This document shows, piece after piece, positions 19,854-29,395 of a DNA stretch of 64,000 bases. Both the position numbers and the translations under genes were made by a program. The notes beneath the pieces are model-generated. The model worked only from the letters and a program-made list of their open reading frames with translations. It was not told the DNA's origin and did no database searches. This DNA comes from Alphaproteobacteria bacterium (lineage in GTDB: Bacteria; Pseudomonadota; Alphaproteobacteria; SHVV01), in NCBI GenBank assembly GCA_965261735.1, contig OZ253470.1:4250980-4314979 (forward strand), given 5' to 3'. The stretch's first letter is position 1. Each line of letters begins with the position of its first letter.

Positions 19854-20880
19854 CCTGCTTATCCGTGACACTCCGCCTGTGGGGATGTATGTTCTCAATA
19901 TGTTCTGTATGAGGGGGGTCACGGTTATGGGGTTCAAGGTTGCATCGCGCGTGCGTGGTCTGAACGACGAGGCGTTTCGGGAGGCCTTCGGCACCAAGGA
20001 GCAGTGCCGCGCGGCGCTGGTCCGGCTGCGCTGGCCGGGCGGCTTCGTCTGCCCCTGCTGCGGCCATCGGGAGCATTGCGTGTTGGCGGGTCGGGGTCTC
20101 TATCAATGCAACCGGTGCAAGAAGCAGACATCGCCCACGGCGGGCACGATCTTCCACGCGACCAAGCTGCCGCTGACAGTCTGGTTTGCCGCCATCCACC
20201 TGATCGTGACGGCGAAGAACGGCATCTCGTCGGTGGAACTCGGCCGCCGTCTCGGGGTCAAGCAGCCGACGGCCTGGGCCGTGAAGCACAAGATCATGGC
20301 GGTGATGGCGCGGCGCGAGGGGGAGACGGCGCTTACGGGGCGGGTCGAGATGGACGACGCCTATCTCGGCGGGGTGCGCTCCGGCGGCAAGCGGGGCCGC
20401 GGCGTGGCGGGCAAAACGCCCTTCGTGGCGGCGGTCTCGACCAGTCCCGAGGGGCGCCCGCGCAAGCTGAAGCTGGCGCCGGTCAAGGGCTTCCGCAAGC
20501 GCGAGATCGCGCGCGGCGCCAAGCACTGGCTGGCCCCCGGCGCGGCGGTTGTGACGGACCGCCTGGGCTGCTGGAGCGCACTCGAAGAAGCCGCCTGCAG
20601 CCACCAGGCGATCCGCACCGGGTCGGGCCGCCAGGCGGCCCGCATGGCATCGTTCAAATGGGTGAACACGACGCTCGGCAACATCAAAAGCGCGATCACC
20701 GGGACTTATCGCAAGCTCGGCCCCGACCATGCCGGACGCTATCTCGCCAGCTTCGCCTGGCGCTACAACCGGCGCTATCAACTCCAGACAATGATCCCGC
20801 GTTTCGTCCATAGCGCCGCACGAAACCAGCCCATGCCCTATCGCCTCCTCATCGCCGGATGACTTTCAGGGATAAGCAGG
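19854..20880 (+). mobile_element. IS1595-family element 'IS-B', copy 1 (complete)
   Basis: Terminal inverted repeats CCTGCTTATCC...GGATAAGCAGG. Body identical to copy 2 at 36925-37917. Inserted directly upstream of the TPR gene. Confidence 0.7.
19927..20862 (+). CDS. IS1595-family transposase (IS-B)
   Basis: 312 aa from the ATG at 19927 inside ORF 19753..20862. N-terminal zinc ribbon CPCCGH...CNRCKK, then a DDE_Tnp_IS1595-type domain. Confidence 0.8.
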   Translation: MGFKVASRVRGLNDEAFREAFGTKEQCRAALVRLRWPGGFVCPCCGHREHCVLAGRGLYQCNRCKKQTSPTAGTIFHATKLPLTVWFAAIHLIVTAKNGISSVELGRRLGVKQPTAWAVKHKIMAVMARREGETALTGRVEMDDAYLGGVRSGGKRGRGVAGKTPFVAAVSTSPEGRPRKLKLAPVKGFRKREIARGAKHWLAPGAAVVTDRLGCWSALEEAACSHQAIRTGSGRQAARMASFKWVNTTLGNIKSAITGTYRKLGPDHAGRYLASFAWRYNRRYQLQTMIPRFVHSAARNQPMPYRLLIAG

Positions 20881-21271
20881 AAATACAATGCACATCATTC
20901 GCAGGACCTGCGTGAGGCCCGTGTCGGGGAAAATTCAATGGCTTGTCAGGATTAACTCACCTACGCGGTAGGAGCGCGAACCATGCCTTGCCCGACGAAC
21001 GCCTCACATCGCCACTACGAAAGCATTGCCCGTGAACGCCGCGACGATACATATGACCACGCCGCCCGTTTCCCGAACCTCGCCAGCTTTCGAGCGGCTC
21101 TGGTTGGCCAAATCACGGCCGGACTACCGGCGAAAATCATAGCGCGCGCACTTCGACGCCCGCGCGGCCTCACCCTCGCCCGGTCCCGGCCTCGCCTGCT
21201 TGACACGGCGCCGCGTAAGGGCCGACATTAAGATAAAGCGCTAAACCTCAATGCACACGGAGGTGGAGACG

Positions 21272-22279
21272 ATGGCAGTTCAAACCCAGGAAGCGCTGGC
21301 GGTTCGCTTCTCTCCACGGCGGCTCGGCCATACCAACCTGTTCGTCGGCGAACTCGCTCGCGCGATGGACTTCTACAGCAGGGTCGCCGGCTTCCAGGAG
21401 GTGTTCCGCATTCCCCACAACAACGCGGGCTTCGTCTCCAACGGCAACACCCATCACGATCTCGGCCTGGTGACCTCGTCCGATCGACCGCGGCTCGGCA
21501 CCGACTGTAAGCCGCTGCCCTCGCACGGGCGTTCGATGCAACCCGGGCTCAATCACCTCGGCTGGGAGCTCGAGAACGAGAAGCAGCTGGTCGAAGCCTA
21601 CCGCCGTGCGCAGGCCCTCGGCTACCCGCTGCACCGGCTCATCGACCATCAGCTGTCGCACAGCATTTACCTGTTCGATCCGGACGGCCACCAGCACGAG
21701 ATGTACGCCGACATCATCCAGGACTGGCGCTCGTTCTTCGATAGCCAGGACAGCCGGCCAGTCACCGGCAGCTGGGACCCCGAGGCCGCCGAGCCCCTCA
21801 CTGAGCCCCGCTATACGGCAAACGCACCGCTGCGCAGGGTGGACGATGCGCTCGTGCATTCGCTCCGCATCACGCATGTCGTGTTCATGACCCGCGACCA
21901 CGAGGGCATGGTGGACTTCTTCACCGACGTTGCCGGCCTCGAACCGGTGTTCGAGGCCCCCGACGACGGGTTCGCCTGCTTCGCCGGCAGCGGCGCCGGC
22001 TACGCCTGCGACGTGGCGCTGTTTCGCCAGCCGCCCGGTACGGGGCCTGCGATCCACCATCATAGCTACCAGGTCGACGGCGAGGCCGAGCTAGGACGGG
22101 CGGAGGCCGCGCTGATCGAAGCGGGTATCGCGATCGAGAGGAAGGTCGACAACGCGGGCAAGCTTAGCCTGTTCGTCATGGACCCCGACGAGTTGCGCTG
22201 CGAGTTCTACGTCGCGCGGAAGCCCGACTTCGGCGCGGCCGCGGCCGCGCCGGCCGAGGAGCAGCCGTTCCTCGTTTAG
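21272..22279 (+). CDS. Two-domain VOC-family (glyoxalase/extradiol ring-cleavage dioxygenase-like) protein, paralog 1
   Basis: ATG at 21272 with GGAGGTGGAG upstream. Two repeated VOC modules, each beginning (R)LGHTNLFV / ITHVVFM and with His-rich metal ligands (NTHHDLG, HHHSYQ). Confidence 0.65.
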   Translation: MAVQTQEALAVRFSPRRLGHTNLFVGELARAMDFYSRVAGFQEVFRIPHNNAGFVSNGNTHHDLGLVTSSDRPRLGTDCKPLPSHGRSMQPGLNHLGWELENEKQLVEAYRRAQALGYPLHRLIDHQLSHSIYLFDPDGHQHEMYADIIQDWRSFFDSQDSRPVTGSWDPEAAEPLTEPRYTANAPLRRVDDALVHSLRITHVVFMTRDHEGMVDFFTDVAGLEPVFEAPDDGFACFAGSGAGYACDVALFRQPPGTGPAIHHHSYQVDGEAELGRAEAALIEAGIAIERKVDNAGKLSLFVMDPDELRCEFYVARKPDFGAAAAAPAEEQPFLV

Positions 22280-22327
22280 GGCAAGATCAGCAGGCTCGCG
22301 TCGGCACCTATTGGAGGGGCTTTGAAA

Positions 22328-23341
22328 ATGGCGGTTGACGTAGATCTAGGCACGGATGCGGCGGTTAAATTTGCCACCCGCCGGGTTGGACACACGAACC
22401 TGTTCGTCGCCGAGCTCGCCCGCTCGATGCAGTTCTATGGCGGCGTCGCGGGTTTCGAGGAGGTGTTCACGGAGCCCGCGATCATCGCCGGCTTCCTGTC
22501 GAATGGTAATACCCACCACGACCTCGGCCTGATCCAGTGCCGGGAGGGTGACATCATCGGCAAGGGCGGCCGTCGGCACACCTCGAGCGGCCGCGCGATG
22601 CAACCGGGGCTCAACCATCTAGGCTGGGAGACCGAGAACGAGAAGCTGCTGGTCGAGGCGTACGATCGGGCGGTCGCCGCCGGCGTCAACATCCGCGGCT
22701 GCACCGATCACCAATCCTCGCACAGCATCTATACGTTCGACCCCGATGGATTCGTGCACGAGTACTACGCCGACATGCTCCCCGACTGGCGCTCTTTCTT
22801 CAACAACAGCGCCGGCAGCCTGATCTCGGGAACCTGGGACCCGCACGCCGGAACGCCCACGACAAAGACGGCGTACCCCGTCGATCCCGAGATCCGCCCG
22901 GCGCAGGGCGCCCTCATTCCCTCGCAGCGCTTCACGCACGCGGTCTTTGTCACGCGCCAGCACGAAGCGATGGTGGCCTTCCACCGGGACGTTGCCGGCC
23001 TCCGCGTGGTCCACGAATCCAAGGCGGGCGACTTCATCTGCCTCGCCGGCTCGCACACCAACTTCGCCTGCGATCTCGTCCTGTTCAAGGGCGAGCCCGA
23101 CCGCGCGGCGTCGGTGCACCACTACAGCTATCAGTTGGCCAGTGAGCCCGAGCTCGATGCGGCTGAGCGCGCGATCGAGAAGGCCCGCATCGTGATCGAG
23201 AAGCGAATCGACTGCGCGCTCAAGCGCAGCTTCTTCATCCCCGATCCGGACGGCATCCGGTGCGAGTTCTACGTGGCTCGCGCGCCTGAGTTCGACTTCG
23301 TCGAGGAGGCCGAGCCGGCGTTGCGCCCCTACCTCGTGTAA
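22328..23341 (+). CDS. Two-domain VOC-family (extradiol dioxygenase-like) protein, paralog 2
   Basis: Same architecture as paralog 1 and roughly 50% identical by eye (RRVGHTNLFVAELARSMQFY..., NTHHDLGLIQC, FTHAVFVTRQHEAMV). Tandem and co-directional, 42-bp gap. Confidence 0.65.
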   Translation: MAVDVDLGTDAAVKFATRRVGHTNLFVAELARSMQFYGGVAGFEEVFTEPAIIAGFLSNGNTHHDLGLIQCREGDIIGKGGRRHTSSGRAMQPGLNHLGWETENEKLLVEAYDRAVAAGVNIRGCTDHQSSHSIYTFDPDGFVHEYYADMLPDWRSFFNNSAGSLISGTWDPHAGTPTTKTAYPVDPEIRPAQGALIPSQRFTHAVFVTRQHEAMVAFHRDVAGLRVVHESKAGDFICLAGSHTNFACDLVLFKGEPDRAASVHHYSYQLASEPELDAAERAIEKARIVIEKRIDCALKRSFFIPDPDGIRCEFYVARAPEFDFVEEAEPALRPYLV

Positions 23342-23353
23342 GGCCGAACGAAC

Positions 23354-24459
23354 CTTGCCTATCCGGTTTACACCCACACCCACTAGGGCTAGAATGGGCG
23401 CAACCCGGATATAGGGGAGCGCGCCATGGATGTTCTCGACCGCGCCGATCTCCCATTCCCGCATTCGCTACCCGAGTTCCAGCGACTTTTCCCCGATGAT
23501 GCGGCCTGCGCCGCCTACCTGGAGAAAGCCCGCTGGGGAGACGGCTTTGCCTGCCCGCACTGCGGCACGGCGGGAGAGCCGTTCCACTTTGAAAACCGCC
23601 CTGGCGTCCTGCGCTGCCGCAAGTGCCGCCAGAACACCGGGCTGACGGTGGGAACAGTGATGGAGCGTAGCCACACTCCGCTGAACGTCTGGTTCTGGGC
23701 CGCTTATCTGGTCGCCAGTCAGACGCCCGGCATGTCCGCCGTGCAGTTTCAGCGGCAACTTGGTCTTTCGCGCTACGAGACGGCCTTTCAAATTCTCCAC
23801 AAGCTCCGCTCGGGCATGGTGCGGCCCAACCAAGACAGGATCGGTGGACAGCCCAAGAACCATGTTGAGGTGGACGAAACCTGGGTTGGCGGGCGAACGC
23901 GTGGGGAAGGCCGTGGTGTTCACCACAAGGTTCCCGTCTCCTGTGCCATCGAGGTGCGTCATCGAAAGCCGGGCACCAAGCTCGACAACCGGAAAGACGG
24001 ACGCTATGCCGGACGCGTTCGGCTCGCCGTCGTGCTCGACCGTAGCGCCGAGTCGCTCTGTGGGTTCGTCGAGAGCACCGTCGCGCCGCGATCGCTGATC
24101 GTTACTGACGATTGGAGCGGCTATGCTGGCCTCGGTAAGCGCGGCTATGAGCACTTCGCTGTTGCCGAGTGTGGTGATCCAGAGGTTGCCGAGCAATACC
24201 TGCCGATCATCCATCTGGTTTTCGCCAACCTGAAGACGTGGCTGATCGGTATCTCACCACGGCGTTAGCCACCAGCACCTACAAGCCTACCTCAACGAGT
24301 TCACCTTCCGCTTCAACAGGCGGTTCTACCCGTTCAACGCCTTCCGCTCATTGCTCGGCATCGCGGGCGACACCTCTGCTCCAACCTATGCCGAGCTTTA
24401 CTCGGGAGAGTGGCGGCACCCTACATGTAGCGGTCATGGGCGTTAACCGGATAGGCAAG
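23354..24459 (+). mobile_element. IS1595-family 'IS-A' copy 2 (complete ends; transposase frameshifted)
   Basis: IRL CTTGCCTATCCGG and IRR CCGGATAGGCAAG, 1106 bp. It starts 13 bp after the VOC paralog-2 stop. Confidence 0.75.
23426..24446 (+). pseudogene. IS-A transposase with a 1-nt insertion
   Basis: Identical to the intact 339-aa copy at 35892..36911 except for GGTATCTCACCACGG versus GGTATCCACCACGG, which gives a premature stop at 24268. Confidence 0.75.
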
Positions 24460-24507
24460 AAACTCCCTTCCAGCGGACACAAACATAGGAAGGGTGATTA
24501 CGATGGA

Positions 24508-25901
24508 GGTTGTGTCTCGAAAGTGGTGGAAATTGGTTTTGGCGCCTCTCCGAGCGGGTTGAGTTTTGCGGCGGTCAGGCTGCGCGGTCAAGGGTTTCGT
24601 CGGCGATTAGCTGATCGAGGGTTTCCCATCCATCGACTTTGCGCATCTGGATTTGGCCGGAAGCGAGGAGTGCCCAGAGGAGCATCGGCACTGTTTCGGG
24701 ACACGGCAGCACGGTCTGTGTTTTGATCCGGCGCTTGAACTCCTCGTTGAGACGCTCAATGGCGTTGGTCGTTCGGGCTGATTTCCATTGGCTCTTGGAC
24801 AGGCGCGTGAAGGTAAAGAGCTTGTCGCCCGCTTCTGCGAGGCTGTCCGCGACGGCCCTGCATTTCAGCCGCCACTTGCGGACAAACGCCTTGCGGCGGG
24901 TTTCCACCTCGGAGGCAGTGTCGGCATAGATCATATCGCGGTAATCTTCGCTCAGCTCGTCATGCATGTGTTTGGGAGCATGACCCAGAAGGTTGCGGTG
25001 CTTGTGCACGGTGCAGCGTTGAACGGGAAGGTCATCGCCCCAAAGCGCCGACAGAGCCGCCTCCAGTCCCGGCGCGCCATCGACGATGACAAACCCGGGC
25101 CGTTTCAGTCCACGCGCATCAAGGTCGTCGAGGAACTGGCGCCACGCCGCCTGGCTTTCTCCGCCCATATTCCCGATCGAAAGCAAGACCTTCTGGCCAT
25201 CCCGGCGCACCCCTATAGCCGCGAGAACCGAGATGTTGGTGGCCTTGCGGTCCAGTCGGGTCTTGATCACAGTGCCGTCAAGGATCAGCCGAACGATATC
25301 CTCATCCGCGAGGCCACGGCTGCACCAGGCGTCCCAATCGACCTTCACCTTGCGCCACGCCCGGCTCACAACGTCCTTGCTCACAGCACCCCGGAAGAGC
25401 CCGAACAGCGCGCGTTTCACCCGCCGCGTGTTGGTTCCGGACAGATACACCGAAGCGATCAGCGCCTCGGCCTTTCTGGTCAGCCGCTGGTAGCGCGGCA
25501 GCGCCCGCGAACGCCATTCCGACGCCCGACCGTCTTCCTCAACGATCCGCGCACGCGGCACGCTCACCCTCTCGGTCCCGAATGTCCCCGTCAGTTGCCG
25601 CTCCCGGTGCCCGTTCCGATACCCTTGCCGAAGCGCGTCCTCTCGACCGTATCGGCAGCGCCCGAGAAACTGCGCAAGTTCCTCCTCAAAAACGGCCTCG
25701 ATCGTGGATCTGATGTTCTCCCGCAGCCGGTCCTCGAGCGGATCATAGCCGGCGTCATTGGCCAGTAGCGAAAGCGCGGAAGTCTCGGTAGTGTTCTTCA
25801 TGGCGTGATCTCCTTGGCGGTGCTAGCCGCCGATTGGGTGGTTGTCTTGTCACCCGGAGATTACGCCATCCTCAAATTTCCACCACTTTCGAGACACAGC
25901 C
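24508..25901 (-). mobile_element. IS256-family insertion sequence, copy b, intact with 8-bp target-site duplication
   Basis: Inverted repeats GGTTGTGTCTCGAAAGTGGTGGAAATT at both ends, flanked by the direct repeat ACGATGGA (24500-24507 and 25902-25909). 1394 bp. Confidence 0.8.
24575..25801 (-). CDS. IS256-family transposase (different lineage from copy a)
   Basis: 408 aa with canonical IS256 Tnp architecture (...GTVIKTRLDRKATNISVLAAIGV...FVIVDGAPGLEAAL...AIERLNEEFKRR...). Confidence 0.85.
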   Translation of the reverse strand: MKNTTETSALSLLANDAGYDPLEDRLRENIRSTIEAVFEEELAQFLGRCRYGREDALRQGYRNGHRERQLTGTFGTERVSVPRARIVEEDGRASEWRSRALPRYQRLTRKAEALIASVYLSGTNTRRVKRALFGLFRGAVSKDVVSRAWRKVKVDWDAWCSRGLADEDIVRLILDGTVIKTRLDRKATNISVLAAIGVRRDGQKVLLSIGNMGGESQAAWRQFLDDLDARGLKRPGFVIVDGAPGLEAALSALWGDDLPVQRCTVHKHRNLLGHAPKHMHDELSEDYRDMIYADTASEVETRRKAFVRKWRLKCRAVADSLAEAGDKLFTFTRLSKSQWKSARTTNAIERLNEEFKRRIKTQTVLPCPETVPMLLWALLASGQIQMRKVDGWETLDQLIADETLDRAA

Positions 25902-26010
25902 ACGATGGACGGCGTAGGATTCTCCCCCTCGGTGTCGAGGAAGGCCGGGCCACGGCCGACGGAGCAATTTCGATAGACACAGAGTATCGCGTCGGGTGAG
26001 GTTGGGTCAC

Positions 26011-26499
26011 ATGCTGAGAATATTGGTCATCCTGATCATTGGCGGTGTCATCGGCGCCGGTATCGGATTCGCCGGTGGCTTATTCGTTTATCCCTATATA
26101 TTTTTAGCTGACGTCGTCGCTAACGAAACGTTGGATGCGTCCAATCGCCAGGCCGTGGCGGATGGCACTTTCATCCACGCAAATCCGTCGGATCCGGTTC
26201 ATTATGGCAAAGGGCCGGTGACCGTATTTCGCGATCTCGTGCGAATTGAAAATGGGTTCGAGGTCGGCCCTGGTCCAAAATACCACGTCTATCTGGTCAA
26301 GAAGAAGGACGTCAAGAATTCGAGCGACGTCAAGGATGCCGAATTCAAGGACCTTGGACGACTTCGCGCATTTCGCGGCAGCCAGAACTATCCGATCCCC
26401 GAGGGCGTTAATCCCCGCGACTATGCCAGCGTCGTAATCTGGTGTGAGACGTTTGGCGTCTTGATCTCGCCCGCCAGCCTGACCTTCAAGGGAAGCTGA
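26011..26499 (+). CDS. Hypothetical membrane-anchored protein, possibly DM13-domain-like, in a low-GC island
   Basis: 163 aa with an N-terminal TM helix (LRILVILIIGGVIGAGIGFAGGLFVY) and C-terminal ...HVYLVKKKD...DYASVVIWCETFGVLISPASL. Local GC is well below the window average. The DM13 assignment is from memory and not certain. Confidence 0.4.
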   Translation: MLRILVILIIGGVIGAGIGFAGGLFVYPYIFLADVVANETLDASNRQAVADGTFIHANPSDPVHYGKGPVTVFRDLVRIENGFEVGPGPKYHVYLVKKKDVKNSSDVKDAEFKDLGRLRAFRGSQNYPIPEGVNPRDYASVVIWCETFGVLISPASLTFKGS

Positions 26500-26520
26500 T
26501 TCGGCGGTGGACTAGCTGGG

Positions 26521-27330
26521 ATGACGCCTGTCCCTGTCCCTCTCATTTATTCCATCTATCGCAGAAACCTTGGAATTTTTCATCACCACCGGATACCCTT
26601 TCCGGCATGCATAAGATCATCGAAATCTTCGTGGGCCGCGCGGCACTCCACACAGAAATCCTTGCCCTGCGATAGCAGGTTGCCCCTTCCATTTATTCCA
26701 TCGGACATCCGAAGCGATGGCCGGGACCTTTTCCGCTTCAGGACGGCTCCCTGCTGGCGGAGGGCAAGAAGTTCTGTGTGACGACCGACGAAGAGTTTGC
26801 GGAAGACGGTGGGGGGGGGTCGATGATCTTATGCATGTCGGAAAGGGTATCCGGTGGTGATGAAAAATCCCAAGGTTTCTGCCGCAGATGGAATAAATGG
26901 GAGGGACAGGGCCGCAACACCAAGCTCCACGCTGTCTGCGATGCGAAAGGCAGGCCCCTCGTCCTGCTCCTGACACCAGGAAACGTCCATGATTGCAAGG
27001 TCGCCCAGCGCTATATCGAAGCCATGCCGCCCGCCGCCGAACTCGTCGCCGACAAGGGCTATGACAGCAAAGCCCTGCGCGACTGGCTGGCAGAACGCGG
27101 AACCACGGCCGTCATCCCACCGCGCAAGAACCGCTAAGGTCCAATACCATTATGACAAGACCGTCTACAGGCAGCGCAACATCATCGAGCGCATGTTTTG
27201 CCGCCTCAAGGACTGGCGCCGTATAGCCACCCGCTTCGACCGCAACATCAAAAACTTCATCGCCGCAATCGCCCTTGCCGCCGCCGTCGTCAGAAGGACG
27301 CTGACCGCCCCAAGTCTTGAGACGAACCGT
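26521..27330 (+). mobile_element. Degenerate IS5-family (IS427-group-like) remnant with an internal 65-bp inverted duplication
   Basis: 26531-26600 is the reverse complement of 26845-26912. Downstream is the C-terminal DDE region ...LHAVCDAKGRPLVLLLTPGNVHDCK...ADKGYDSKALRDWL...IPPRKNR*, then KVQYHYDKTVYRQRNIIERMFCRLKDWRRIATRFD in another frame (one extra T gives AACCGCTAAGG). Related fragments occur at 50280-50480. Confidence 0.5.
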
Positions 27331-27365
27331 GCGCAAAGGGCGGCGTGTGGCGCAAAGGAGGCATC

Positions 27366-27888
27366 ATGCTCCGCTCGGACGGCTATTCGCCGCTAGTCTA
27401 TTGTTCTTCACTGGCTTGCGACAATCTTCGTGGTTGCGTTGTTCCTTACCCACGATGGGGAGCGCGGTAGCTCGGCGTATGTCTTTCATGTGAGCGGCGG
27501 CGCCATCGTCGGCGCGCTTCTTCTGTGGCGCGTTTGGCATCGCGTCAGACGCGGCATGATCGATTTGCCGGATCAGGCTTTCCTGCTCAACACCGCCGCG
27601 CGAGGGGTGCAGTGGGGGTTTCTGGCGGCTATCGTTGTCGCAGTGATAACCGGGTACCTGTTGCCCTGGTCGCAGGGGATTCCCCTGGACGTATTTGGTG
27701 TGGCCATTCCCTCACCGATTGCGTCAAGCCGGGGATTCCACGAGCTCATGGAAGAGGTGCATGATGTCTCCGGGCATTTGTTCATACCTCTGCTTGCCCT
27801 GCACATTCTGGGAGCGGCCAAGCACGCGATCGTCGATAAGAGCGGCATAGCCCGTCGCATGTTCAAACCCACAAGCGGCGGTCGTTGA
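27366..27888 (+). CDS. Cytochrome b561-family (Ni/Fe-hydrogenase b-type cytochrome-like) membrane protein; frameshift at about 27392
   Basis: MLRSDGYSPL in frame 0 hits a stop at 27391-27393, and frame 1 continues SIVLHWLATIFVVALFL...WRVWHRV...HELMEEVHDVSGHLFIPLLALHILGAAKHA. Joining them restores the canonical YSxLSIxLHWL N-terminus. Confidence 0.55.
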
Positions 27889-27975
27889 TCATCGATGCTG
27901 CCGACTCCGCATTTGGTAACGGACTGACCGGCTTCGGGGTCCGAGTCTACCTGGCAGCTCGCAGCGGCCAGTTCG

Positions 27976-28593
27976 TTAACATCCAGCACAACTCTCCGAG
28001 GCAGCGACGGTGTCCGTCACAGAGCCGGTCTTGAGGCCGGCGAGTGTGACAATTTCGCCGCCCCGGCACGGTCGACCACGACTCGCTCCAGCTGGCGCGC
28101 ACGCAGAACCCTTGTGAGGTGAGTGGGGCCGCCTGTTTCGACCGCGCTTCGGTTTCATTGCGGGAGGGAGCTTCGCCCAGTCCAGTGGCTCACCAACCTC
28201 GGCCATGTCGAGATCGACGATGTAGATGCTTCCGGCCTCACCGCATTCAGCCAGAGGCTGCACGACCTCGGAGCCCGCCCGCCTCGCCAAAAGCTCATCG
28301 CCTTGTGGAGAGAACGCGAAGGGGTGGGTTCTGCGCCCGTTCGCGTCGCAATGGAGCGTATAGAGAGCGAAGAAGCGGTTCTCCACCGCTCGCAGCCGAA
28401 GAACGGACGACCATTTGATATCGGTCACATTGTCAAAGCTTGGGTTGACCCAAAGCTGTGCGCCGCACTTGGCAAGAAAGCACGGAAGCAACCCCAAATA
28501 GTGATCGTGGCAGATCGTTGCCCCGGCGCTCACGCCGGCCAGGTCAAAGGTGGGAAGCATGTCGAGCGTGTGTGGACGCCCCCGTTGATGCAA
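27976..28593 (-). pseudogene. Carbon-nitrogen hydrolase (nitrilase superfamily) C-terminal fragment
   Basis: GATICHDHYLGLLP has the active-site Cys; ...LRAVENRFFALY follows. The upstream frame has no start and hits a stop about 40 codons above, so the Glu/Lys catalytic half is missing. Confidence 0.5.
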
Positions 28594-28838
28594 GCAGTTT
28601 TTGGTCGGCTCGGTGCATGCGGTCAGGTGCTGTCGTGTGTCCGGCCTCTCTATGCGGCAGATGACACGCCGCGGGCCCGTATGGAGATACGCGGATTGGG
28701 TCCAAATCGGTTACGCGAGCTTGAAAGCTCTCCGTTCGGATGCTGGTTTTCCCAACCCGGTCTCGTTGACCTTTGCCCTTACCTGTCCTCCGTCCTGCCC
28801 ACATCCCCGACGGCTTCCCGCACTTCGCCGTTCTCTCA

Positions 28839-28965
28839 GGCGGTGGCGGGAGCCCGGTAGCTCTCCTTCTTCGTCAGTAGCACCCAGACGATGCGCGCCA
28901 TCCTGTTGGCCAGCGCCACCGCGACGAGCATCCTCGGCTTGCGCGCCAGCATCCCGGCCAGCCAG
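28839..28965 (-). mobile_element. 3'-terminal fragment of an IS110-family transposase gene
   Basis: ...LAGMLARKPRMLVAVALANRMARIVWVLLTKKESYRAPATA* is the characteristic IS110 C-terminus. It is cut off by the IS21-type-2 left end. Confidence 0.4.
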
Positions 28966-29395
28966 GTGTTAACGGCGGAGGAATAATGCTCCACGCGAGG
29001 CGGCCGGGCGGTTTGGTCGCGGCGGCGCAAAATTGTGCCACTCATGGTCCCTTGTCGGTTGCGACGAGGGGCAGGAGATGTACGGCGTGGAGCTCTATGC
29101 GGCGGTTCGACTGGCGGTTGTCGACGAGGGTCTGAATCATCACGAGGCGGGCCGGCGGTTCGGCATTGACCGTCGCACGGTGAAGAAGATGCTGACCTAC
29201 TCGGCGCCACCGGGCTACCGCCGGACGAAGCCGGTCCGGCGGCCCAAGCTGGACGGGTTCACCGGCATCGTCGACGCGATCCTGGAGGCGGACACGGATC
29301 CGGACGTGCCGCGCAAGCAGCGCCACACGGCGCACCGGATATTCGAGCGGCTACGGGACGAGCACGGGTTCACCGGCGGCTATACCATCGTGAAG
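28966..29395 (+). mobile_element. IS21-family element (type 2): left end plus IstA N-terminus, truncated by an IS903-like insertion
   Basis: Left end GTTAACGGCGGAGGAATAATG... and IstA HTH region MYGVELYAAVRLAVVDEGLNHHEAGRRFGIDRRTVKKML.... Homology stops at 29395, where the IS903-like IR begins. The same left end recurs at 49726 and 60594. Confidence 0.6.
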
